A stretch of DNA of 47,688 nt from Minisyncoccia bacterium (GTDB lineage: Bacteria; Patescibacteriota; Minisyncoccia; SW-4-49-11): assembly GCA_044341565.1 (NCBI GenBank), contig JBIIRM010000008.1:1-47688 (forward strand), given 5' to 3'. The number at the start of each line of letters is the position of its first letter. Position 1 is the stretch's first letter. Below are positions 36,116 through 43,445 of the stretch, piece by piece. The notes beneath the pieces were generated by a model, which made no database searches, was not told where the DNA came from, and worked only from the letters and a program-made list of their open reading frames with translations. The position numbers were made by a program, and so were the translations under genes.

Positions 36116-36556
36116 ATGAAATATCTATCAATAGTAATAATTGCAATAATGATACTAATGAGTAATCCTTTTATTAGCTTTGCAGGTACCCCATCAGGGG
36201 GAGGAACTACTCCAGCTACGGGTGGTACTCCATCAGGGGGAGGAACTACTCCAGCTACGGGTGGTACTCCCACAACCCCAACTGACAATACTTCTGCTCA
36301 AAGTGTAGGATTTGTGAATCCAATTCGATTTAATTCTATCCCTGAGCTTATAGCAGGTATTATCAATGCTCTCTTGGGTATACTCGGAGCTATTACTGTG
36401 GCAATATTAGTGATGTCAGGATTTAAATATATGACAGCTTCTAATCCAGGAGCAGTAGGGCAAGCTTTAGATGGTATTAGGAATGCAATTGTAGGACTTA
36501 TGATTATTATGGGGGCTTTTCTCATCACACAATATATTATATCTGCTTTGGTGTAA
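36116..36556 (+). CDS. T4SS-pilin-like protein, paralogue 5, with a tandem Thr/Pro/Gly repeat
   Basis: Signal-like MKYLSIVIIAIMILMSNPFISFA, then (GTPSGGGTTPATG)x2. The core is IINALLGILGAITVAILVMSGFKYMTASNPGAVGQALDGIRNAIVGLMIIMGAFLITQY. Confidence 0.85.
   Translation: MKYLSIVIIAIMILMSNPFISFAGTPSGGGTTPATGGTPSGGGTTPATGGTPTTPTDNTSAQSVGFVNPIRFNSIPELIAGIINALLGILGAITVAILVMSGFKYMTASNPGAVGQALDGIRNAIVGLMIIMGAFLITQYIISALV
36185..36262 (+). repeat. two tandem copies of a 39-bp coding repeat
   Basis: GGTACCCCATCAGGGGGAGGAACTACTCCAGCTACGGGT (36185-36223) is repeated at 36224-36262 with 2 substitutions. Each copy encodes GTPSGGGTTPATG, and a partial third unit (GTPTTPT) follows. Confidence 0.9.
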
Positions 36557-36574
36557 ATATTAGATAAAGAAAAA

Positions 36575-36598
36575 CACCCTGTACTTTCGTAAAGGGTG
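36575..36598. terminator. hairpin between convergent genes; the T-run is on the minus strand
   Basis: CACCCT(g)TAC-tttc-GTA(a)AGGGTG. On the minus strand it is followed by TTTTTCTTT, so it best fits the terminator of gene 36613-37323. Confidence 0.55.
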
Positions 36599-36612
36599 CT
36601 ATGTATCTATAC

Positions 36613-37323
36613 TCAGCGAGCTTGTATCACTGGGTATCCAGATTGCCCACCTGGCATCTTCTGGTAATATTCATAATCATTATTAACATCTGCTCCGATA
36701 TTAAATTTCCTTTTAATATCGGGAGTATATTGTTTACCAAATACTCCTAGGGATATTTTGATCCTTTTCCCAGAAAGTGATGAAGGTAAATCGTGGCATT
36801 TAGCGTAAGGCTCAATAACCCTCCAATTGTCACCAATGGTAACCTCTTGATTTATCCAGTGTTTCTCTGGATGGCCAGTCTGTTTGAAGCAGACCTTGAG
36901 AGGTCGTGCTGGGAGATCATACTCACCATCACGATTGATCACGATGGGAGTCATTTCCCCGGGGGGATTGAGTTGTGCCTGCCTTGCACTATGTATGCTC
37001 TGGTTGAAGTTAGCTGAGCAATAGTTCAAGAGGAGAATTACTCCAATCACAGTAGCAGCAAACCTGAGCTTGCTATTGAGTACCGCTGCAATTATAGTAA
37101 TGGCCATCAAAAAGAATATCTCACCATCAGAAATACTTCCTCCGATGAGAATCATTTTGGCCCCCAACCAAAGACCAGCCAAACTAATCAGTAAAACTGA
37201 CCAGTTCAGTCCGCGAGCTTTACTCCACAAATTCCCAGAACTTGCCGGAGATGGGGAGGAGTTTGTGGATGATGAGGTGTTTGAGCCTCTAGATCCACGG
37301 GACCCGTATTGACGATTTGTCAT
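36613..37323 (-). CDS. hypothetical membrane protein: Ser-rich N-terminus, 3 TM segments and a soluble domain of about 120 aa
   Basis: MTNRQYGSRGSRGSNTSSSTNSSPSPASS, then TM segments (WSVLLISLAGLWLGAKMILIGG, IFFLMAITIIAAVL, FAATVIGVILLLNY). It is visibly more G+C-rich than neighbouring genes. I recognise no family. Confidence 0.65.
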   Translation of the reverse strand: MTNRQYGSRGSRGSNTSSSTNSSPSPASSGNLWSKARGLNWSVLLISLAGLWLGAKMILIGGSISDGEIFFLMAITIIAAVLNSKLRFAATVIGVILLLNYCSANFNQSIHSARQAQLNPPGEMTPIVINRDGEYDLPARPLKVCFKQTGHPEKHWINQEVTIGDNWRVIEPYAKCHDLPSSLSGKRIKISLGVFGKQYTPDIKRKFNIGADVNNDYEYYQKMPGGQSGYPVIQAR

Positions 37324-37395
37324 GATAAAATGAACGAATTACTTTCTATATATAGCATATTTTAGGTAAAATGTCAATATTTATAGACAATAAAA

Positions 37396-37418
37396 AAGCC
37401 GTGACATTGTCACGGCTT
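37396..37418 (-). terminator. rho-independent terminator of the SPFH gene
   Basis: AAGCCGTGAC-att-GTCACGGCTT is a 10-bp stem. On the minus strand it is followed by TTTTTTATT, and it lies 17 nt after the stop at 37435. Confidence 0.8.
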
Positions 37419-37434
37419 GGTAATATGCTGCTGA

Positions 37435-38460
37435 TCAGTCTTTGGAAGCTTCGAGAGCTCCCAGGACTTGATTTGCTATATCTTGCCCTTTACCCCCTCC
37501 ATGGAAAATAACTTTGGCATTGGTACCAAGAGTTTTTTCCAAAATAGGATATTGGGCGAGTTTAGCAAAAAGCTGTTGCTCTGAGATATCAGAGCCCATT
37601 GCTCCAGCTTTAATTGCAGCTGTGAATCCTTTGGTTTCAGCCAATAGATTCTCATTCTGTTGCTTAATAACCAGACCACGGGCTGTCTCGCGATCGAGAT
37701 CAGCTTTTTGCTCAGCTTTTGCTATGGCAGATTTATTCTTGGCATCATTGACCTCGGACGGTAACTCTAAATCATCTATATTTATTGCAGATAGCTCAAT
37801 ACCAATATTATCTAGTTTCTTCAGAATGGTCTTACCAAGAGCAAGAGCTTCAATATCCTCTGTAGTATCCATACCCTTAATACGAGATCCATCTTGCTCC
37901 AGACCAAGAGCTTGAAGTAATTGATCAGGAGTCATTGTAGATATTTGAATATCCTGAACCTCTTTACCCGCAGCTATATGCTTGGAGTATTCTTGATAGG
38001 TATGTTGTTGCAGTACTAGACGAATATAAGGGTTCAAGATGCGTTCAGTTGCCTGACGTTCATCCTGATCCTCTGCATTATAGTGCAAGTTATAAACATG
38101 CTTTATTTTTTCCTGCAGAGTATTTCCTTTAATTTGAGCAATTACGCTAACTCTTGCTTCTAGAGTAACATCAGCCAATTCTAATTTGGCAAAGTCATCA
38201 GTACTAGGAGCATCAGATCTATCCTGAGGGGCTACTTTTCTAGGCCCGTCATGTCTAAAAAGATAGACAGGAAACTGGTTGGTTTCATACCATCCAGCTA
38301 ATTTTGATCCCGGTACAATCAGATGAGGTCCCGGAGTAGCAATTTTGGAAAGAATTCCACTCCCATTATGATTTGGACGGCTTCCTAACCATGAAATCAC
38401 ATGAACTTCATCATCAGGTACAATCCAGATAGGGGGGATAAAGAAAGAATCAAAGGCCAT
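37435..38460 (-). CDS. SPFH/Band-7 (prohibitin/flotillin-like) domain protein without an N-terminal TM segment
   Basis: IWIVPDDEVHVISWLG...GPHLIVPGSKL, then IGIELSAINIDDLELPSEVNDAKNKSAIAKAEQKADLDRETA, matches the SPFH core and the following Ala/Glu-rich helix. G+C is visibly higher than the surroundings. Confidence 0.7.
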   Translation of the reverse strand: MAFDSFFIPPIWIVPDDEVHVISWLGSRPNHNGSGILSKIATPGPHLIVPGSKLAGWYETNQFPVYLFRHDGPRKVAPQDRSDAPSTDDFAKLELADVTLEARVSVIAQIKGNTLQEKIKHVYNLHYNAEDQDERQATERILNPYIRLVLQQHTYQEYSKHIAAGKEVQDIQISTMTPDQLLQALGLEQDGSRIKGMDTTEDIEALALGKTILKKLDNIGIELSAINIDDLELPSEVNDAKNKSAIAKAEQKADLDRETARGLVIKQQNENLLAETKGFTAAIKAGAMGSDISEQQLFAKLAQYPILEKTLGTNAKVIFHGGGKGQDIANQVLGALEASKD

Positions 38461-38576
38461 TTTGTGAATGAACGAGGGACTTCTTATTCATAACACAAAA
38501 TCATAAATTTGTCAACTCATAATAACAGGTGTATATACATAAAATTATTCCGACTCAGGTCAATGAGTACTTATAA

Positions 38577-38778
38577 TGTCCTCCCTTGGGGGAGGTGGGG
38601 AAAGGGGTCGGGAAAACGAGAGGTTTCACAGGAGCAAATTTTATTTGCGACGGAGGAGGATAATTCAAAAAGTCCACACCCACCGCTAACGCGGTACCCC
38701 CTCGCCAGCGAGTGACAGATTTAATATCCTCCCCCGGGGGAGGATAAAATAGTACAGGCGACTGAAAGGTCGCCCCTA
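38577..38778 (+). repeat. G+C-rich mosaic stem-loop cassette, copy B
   Basis: A 17-nt run GTCCTCCCTTGGGGGAG (38577-38593) is identical to 17590-17606. GGGAAAGGGGTCGGGAAAAC, GAGCAAAT-ttt-ATTTGCGACG (38631-38651) and AAGTCCACACCC (38669-38680) are all shared with copy A. A 22-nt perfect palindrome lies at 38724-38745. Confidence 0.85.
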
Positions 38779-38821
38779 CAAAATTGATAATTCACAACTA
38801 TTACTTCATCTCAACCTTGTA

Positions 38822-38850
38822 TTGACAAATAGCACTATATATACTACAAT
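38822..38850 (+). promoter_or_regulatory. candidate sigma70-type promoter of the rpsL-rpsG-fusA operon
   Basis: TTGACA (38822-38827), a 17-nt spacer, then TACAAT (38845-38850), 81 nt upstream of the rpsL ATG. Confidence 0.5.
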
Positions 38851-38931
38851 AGAACAAGTTCCCAAAAGAGGTGTGCTTTTGAGTGTCTTTAGGTGTAAAG
38901 ATGCTCACCCCGCTAATTATAATTATTATTT

Positions 38932-39345
38932 ATGCCTACTATACAACAATTAGTACGAAAAGGTCGTAAGACCGGAGTAAAGAAAACCAAGTCCCCAGCA
39001 TTGGCTAGAACTTTTAATGTTCTCAAAAACAAGCCTATGGAGAGTAATTCTCCTTTCAAAAGAGGAGTATGTGTGAAAGTTACTACTACCACTCCAAAAA
39101 AACCTAACTCAGCTTTACGTAAAATTGCAAGAGTTCGATTATCTAATGGACAAGAAGTTACTGCGTATATTCCAGGAATGGGACATAATCTTCAAGAGCA
39201 TTCAGTAGTAATGCTAAGAGGAGGGCGAGTAAAAGATTTGCCTGGAGTACGATATCATATTGTTCGAGGAGTATTAGATACTGCTGGAGTAGATGGACGA
39301 TCTCAAGAGCGAAGTAAATATGGGGTAAAAAAGCCGAAGAAATAA
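38932..39345 (+). CDS. rpsL: 30S ribosomal protein S12
   Basis: [13 protein letters not shown]...[10 protein letters not shown]...[18 protein letters not shown]. Confidence 0.98.
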   Translation: MPTIQQLVRKGRKTGVKKTKSPALARTFNVLKNKPMESNSPFKRGVCVKVTTTTPKKPNSALRKIARVRLSNGQEVTAYIPGMGHNLQEHSVVMLRGGRVKDLPGVRYHIVRGVLDTAGVDGRSQERSKYGVKKPKK

Positions 39346-39369
39346 GGTTAATTAAGATATTGTAATATT

Positions 39370-39837
39370 ATGGCTAGAAGAAAGCGCAATTATACCAGAG
39401 AAATCGAACTTGATCCACGATACAAGAATCTTTTGGTTTCTCAATTCATCAACTATATTATGTTGGATGGTAAAAAGTCAGTAGCTCGAAATGTATTTTA
39501 TGGAGCTATGGATATTATTGAGAAAGATTATTCACAAGAACCATTAAATGTATTCAATACTGCGGTAAAGAATGTATCTCCTGCCGTTGAGGTAAAATCT
39601 CGAAGAGTTGGGGGTGCTAATTATCAAGTACCGGTAGAAGTTCGACCAGAACGAAAAACTTCTCTTGCTTTTCGATGGATTCTGGATGCTGTACGTAAGA
39701 AAAAAGGTAAGTCAACTGATAAAAAATTAGCTGAAGAGTTAATGGATGCTTTCAATAAAACTGGTTCTGTTATCAAGAAAAAAGATGATACCCAGAGAAT
39801 GGCGGAAGCAAACCGAGCTTTTGCTCATTTGAGATAA
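39370..39837 (+). CDS. rpsG: 30S ribosomal protein S7
   Basis: MARRKR...DPRYKN...MLDGKKS...VEVKSRRVGGANYQVPVEVRPERK...ANRAFAH. Confidence 0.98.
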   Translation: MARRKRNYTREIELDPRYKNLLVSQFINYIMLDGKKSVARNVFYGAMDIIEKDYSQEPLNVFNTAVKNVSPAVEVKSRRVGGANYQVPVEVRPERKTSLAFRWILDAVRKKKGKSTDKKLAEELMDAFNKTGSVIKKKDDTQRMAEANRAFAHLR

Positions 39838-39926
39838 TTGAAATACTGCTAAGAATCCTGCCTATGAATATCATGGTCAGGATTTGAGCGGTGAGTATAC
39901 TAATTAGTAATTAATAATCAAATACC

Positions 39927-42047
39927 ATGGCCAAAGATCACAAAGATATTCCTCTTGATGATGTTCGTAATATTGGAATTATTGCGCATATTGATGCAGG
40001 TAAAACTACTACTACGGAGCGAATTTTGTATTTCACTGGATTAAAGCATAAAATTGGTGAGGTTCATGATGGTGCGGCTGAAATGGATTGGATGGCACAA
40101 GAGCGAGAGCGAGGAATTACTATTACCTCAGCAGCTACTACGTGTTTTTGGAAAGATCATAGAATTAATATTATTGATACTCCTGGCCATGTTGATTTTA
40201 CTATGGAAGTGGAGCGATCTCTTCGTGTACTTGATGGTGCTGTTACTGTATTCGATGGAAAATCCGGTGTAGAACCACAATCTGAGACAGTTTGGCGACA
40301 AGCTGATCGATATAATGTACCGCGAATTTGTTTTGTGAATAAAATTAATCAAACGGGAGGGGATTTTTATAAATCATTTGCATCTATTCAAGAGCGACTA
40401 TCTAAGGATGCAGTAGTTATTGCTCTTCCTATTGGATTTGAGCAAGGTATACGAGGGCTTGTAGATTTGGTAGAGAATAAAGCTTATGTCTATGCTGATG
40501 AAGCTGGTATGACTGAAATTGTTGAGGCTGAAATCCCCGCAGATATGCTCGAGCAAGTAGAAGAATATCGACAAGTATTAATGGAGAAAGTCTCAGAAGT
40601 AGATGATAGACTTATTGAATTATTCTTGAATGATGGTGTGCTCTCAACTGAAGAGATGAAATATGCTATTCGACGAGGAACTCTAGAATCAAAGATTTTC
40701 CCCGTACTTGGAGGAGATTCTCGAACTGCTATTGTACGAAAACTTCTTGATGCTGTTATTGATTATCTTCCATCCCCATTAGATATTGATGCCGCTAAGG
40801 GTACTGATGTTAATGATGAGGAAAAAGAATTAGAAAGAAAGGCAGACAAGAATGAGCCATTTGCAGGACTTGCTTTCAAAATTGCAACTGACCCTTATAT
40901 TGGACAATTAGTATTTTTCCGTGTATATTCTGGAACTCTTAAGAGTGGAAGTTATGTGTATAATTCAACCAAGGGGGAGAAAGAGCGAATTTCTCGACTT
41001 GTTTTGATGCATGCTAATTCTCGAACCGAAGTAGATGAATTATCTGCAGGAGAAATTGGAGCTATTGTAGGACTTAAGAATACTACTACTGGAGATACTC
41101 TTTGTGATGAGAAAGATCCTATTATTTTGGAGAAAATTGTTATCCCAGAACCTGTTATTCAGATTAAACTTGAGCCAAAGACTAAGGTAGATCAAGAAAA
41201 AATGAGTTTAGCTCTTCACAAATTATCTGATGAAGATCCAACTCTTAAAGTTAGCTCTGATGAAGTGACAGGAGATACCCTTATTGCAGGAATGGGAGAG
41301 CTTCATCTTGATATTATTGTGGATCGTATGAAGCGAGAATTTGGTGTAGAAGTAAATGTAGGACAACCACAAGTAGCCTATAAAGAAACTATTCAAAGTT
41401 CTGCTGAAGCACAAGGGAAATATATCAAACAATCAGGAGGAAAAGGACAATATGGAGATGTATATCTTCGAGTTGAGTCATTTGATCCTGAAACAACTGA
41501 AATTGATCCAAAGAAACCACAACATTATATTTTTGGAAATGAATTAAAGGGAGGATCTATTCCATCTGAATATGTGCCTGCTATTGAAAAGGGAGTAAAA
41601 GAATCTATAGATCGTGGTGTTATAGCTGGATATCCATTGATTAATATCAAGGCAACCGTATATGATGGATCATATCATGATGTTGACTCCTCTGAATCAG
41701 CTTTCAAAATTGCAGGTTCTATGGCTCTTTCAGCCGCTGTAAAAAAAGCAAATCCTATTATTCTTGAGCCAATTATGGCTGTCGAAGTAACTATCCCAGA
41801 ACAATATATGGGAGATGTAGTAGGAGATTTGAATTCACGACGAGGACTTATTGAAGAAATGAATGATAGAACTGGTGGACTTAAAGTTGTATCAGCAAAA
41901 GTACCTCTATCTTCAATGTTCGGATATGTGACTACACTTCGGTCTATGACACAAGGACGAGGAAATGCAGTGATGGAATTCAATGATTATCAGCCAGTTC
42001 CTAGCAATGTACAACAAGATATTATTGCCAAGAGAACAGCGAAATAA
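39927..42047 (+). CDS. fusA: translation elongation factor G
   Basis: [22 protein letters not shown]...[19 protein letters not shown]...[12 protein letters not shown] and full-length EF-G domains II-V. Confidence 0.98.
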   Translation: MAKDHKDIPLDDVRNIGIIAHIDAGKTTTTERILYFTGLKHKIGEVHDGAAEMDWMAQERERGITITSAATTCFWKDHRINIIDTPGHVDFTMEVERSLRVLDGAVTVFDGKSGVEPQSETVWRQADRYNVPRICFVNKINQTGGDFYKSFASIQERLSKDAVVIALPIGFEQGIRGLVDLVENKAYVYADEAGMTEIVEAEIPADMLEQVEEYRQVLMEKVSEVDDRLIELFLNDGVLSTEEMKYAIRRGTLESKIFPVLGGDSRTAIVRKLLDAVIDYLPSPLDIDAAKGTDVNDEEKELERKADKNEPFAGLAFKIATDPYIGQLVFFRVYSGTLKSGSYVYNSTKGEKERISRLVLMHANSRTEVDELSAGEIGAIVGLKNTTTGDTLCDEKDPIILEKIVIPEPVIQIKLEPKTKVDQEKMSLALHKLSDEDPTLKVSSDEVTGDTLIAGMGELHLDIIVDRMKREFGVEVNVGQPQVAYKETIQSSAEAQGKYIKQSGGKGQYGDVYLRVESFDPETTEIDPKKPQHYIFGNELKGGSIPSEYVPAIEKGVKESIDRGVIAGYPLINIKATVYDGSYHDVDSSESAFKIAGSMALSAAVKKANPIILEPIMAVEVTIPEQYMGDVVGDLNSRRGLIEEMNDRTGGLKVVSAKVPLSSMFGYVTTLRSMTQGRGNAVMEFNDYQPVPSNVQQDIIAKRTAK

Positions 42048-42073
42048 TAGTGTAAATCTATAAACCTAAAAAG

Positions 42074-42099
42074 CCTGAGAATAAAAACTCAGGTTTTTT
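42074..42099 (+). terminator. rho-independent terminator after fusA
   Basis: CCTGAG-aataaaaa-CTCAGG followed by TTTTTT (42094-42099). Confidence 0.7.
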
Positions 42100-42130
42100 G
42101 GTATATACTCACTATAGGTAATCCTCCTCC

Positions 42131-42206
42131 GTTCCTCCTATATATAATAGGAGGAACACCTCCCCCCAAGGGAGGACAGAAATTTTGTCCCTCGCCAGCG
42201 AGGGAC
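42131..42206 (-). repeat. G+C-rich mosaic stem-loop cassette, copy C (condensed, inverted relative to copy A)
   Basis: GTTCCTCCT-n9-AGGAGGAAC (42131-42157). CTCCCCCCAAGGGAGGACAGAAATTTTGTCCC (42160-42191) matches the reverse complement of 17576-17606 with one extra C and a changed loop. GTCCCTCGC-ca-GCGAGGGAC lies at 42187-42206. Confidence 0.8.
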
Positions 42207-42253
42207 AATAATACGTTTATGCTATACTGTAAGTATTACTATAATTATCCTTT

Positions 42254-43393
42254 ATGCCACTTGCAGATAGAGTCAGGCCCATCGATCTGAATACCTTTAT
42301 AGGGCAAAAACACCTTGTAGGAGAAGGTAAACCCCTCTACCTGTGTATTACACAGCAATTACCACAATCTTTTATTTTGTGGGGTCCCCCTGGAGTGGGT
42401 AAAACCACTTTAGCCCGTATATACAGTAATGCAATTGATGGTAAATTATATGAAGTCTCAGCGGTCAGAGCAGGGAAAAAAGATATAGAAGCAATTATCA
42501 AAGATAATACGGAACAGCAAAAGATTTTATTCCTGGATGAGATACATCGTTTTAATAAAGCTCAGCAAGATTATTTACTTCCTTTTGTGGAAGACGGGAC
42601 TTTGATTTTGATTGGAGCTACCACAGAGAATCCAAGTTTTGAAATTATAGCCGCCCTACAATCTCGTTGTATTATTTATACCCTTATAGCACTCACCGTA
42701 GAGGAAATACAAGATATATTAGCTCAGGCGGGATTAAAGGATACTGCTATAAGTGAGTATATTGCTCAATATACTAATGGAGATGCCCGCAAGGCTTTGG
42801 GAATTTATGAGAGAGCTAAATCTATGTATTCAGATACTCTAAGTATTGAGAATATTGAAGCTATTTTGAAGGATACCAATCTTAGATATGATAGGGCAGG
42901 GGAGGAGCATTATGATGTTATTAGTGCTTTTATCAAAAGTATGAGAGCCAGCCAAGTGGATGCAGCTTTATATTATCTTGCTCGTATGTTAGAAGGGGGC
43001 GAAGACCCTAAATTTATTGCACGTAGAATGATTATATTTGCAAGTGAGGATATTGGTATGGCTCTTCCCACAGCTCTTGTGATTGCCAATGAAGTATTCC
43101 GAACAGTAGAAGTAGTGGGATTACCGGAGGCTTCTATTAATCTCGCGCATGGAGTAGTATATTTAGCTCAAGCCCCCAAGGATAGACGAGTATATGATGC
43201 TATTAAAGATGCTCAAAGAGAAGTGAAACAGTCAGGGAACCTTACAATACCATTAAATATTCGCAATGCTCCTACTAATTTGATGAAAGATTTGGGCTAT
43301 GGCAAAGAGTATGAATTGTATGATACAGAAAGTTATCTCCCAGAAAAAATACAGAATAAAGCTTTTTGGAAAAAATCTAAAAAAGAGAAGTAA
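42254..43393 (+). CDS. rarA: replication-associated recombination protein A (RarA/MgsA AAA+ ATPase)
   Basis: LADRVRPIDLNTFIGQKHLVG...WGPPGVGKTTLARI...LFLDEIHRFNKAQQD.LLPFVEDG...IGATTENPSFE...ALYYLARMLEGGEDPKFIARR. Confidence 0.93.
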   Translation: MPLADRVRPIDLNTFIGQKHLVGEGKPLYLCITQQLPQSFILWGPPGVGKTTLARIYSNAIDGKLYEVSAVRAGKKDIEAIIKDNTEQQKILFLDEIHRFNKAQQDYLLPFVEDGTLILIGATTENPSFEIIAALQSRCIIYTLIALTVEEIQDILAQAGLKDTAISEYIAQYTNGDARKALGIYERAKSMYSDTLSIENIEAILKDTNLRYDRAGEEHYDVISAFIKSMRASQVDAALYYLARMLEGGEDPKFIARRMIIFASEDIGMALPTALVIANEVFRTVEVVGLPEASINLAHGVVYLAQAPKDRRVYDAIKDAQREVKQSGNLTIPLNIRNAPTNLMKDLGYGKEYELYDTESYLPEKIQNKAFWKKSKKEK

Positions 43394-43445
43394 ATAAAAA
43401 AGAGAGTTTATCGGCTCCCTTTTTTCTTTTTGATATTCTCAAGAT

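Noticed and set aside
36185-36262. A direct repeat that could be mistaken for a mini CRISPR or other non-coding array
   Set aside because: The units are contiguous with no spacers, in frame, and inside a well-supported pilin ORF. This is a coding tandem repeat.
36613-37323. Interpreting the 236-aa membrane protein as the NfeD partner of the adjacent SPFH protein
   Set aside because: The multi-TM plus soluble C-terminal domain layout is superficially NfeD-like. However, I see no NfeD OB-fold motif, the gene order is the reverse of typical NfeD-SPFH operons, and a strong terminator (37396-37418) separates the two genes.
43394-43445. Terminator between rarA and the RND gene (AAAAAGAGAG...CTCCCTTTTTT)
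   Set aside because: The flanking arms are not complementary, so there are only A- and T-runs without a stem.
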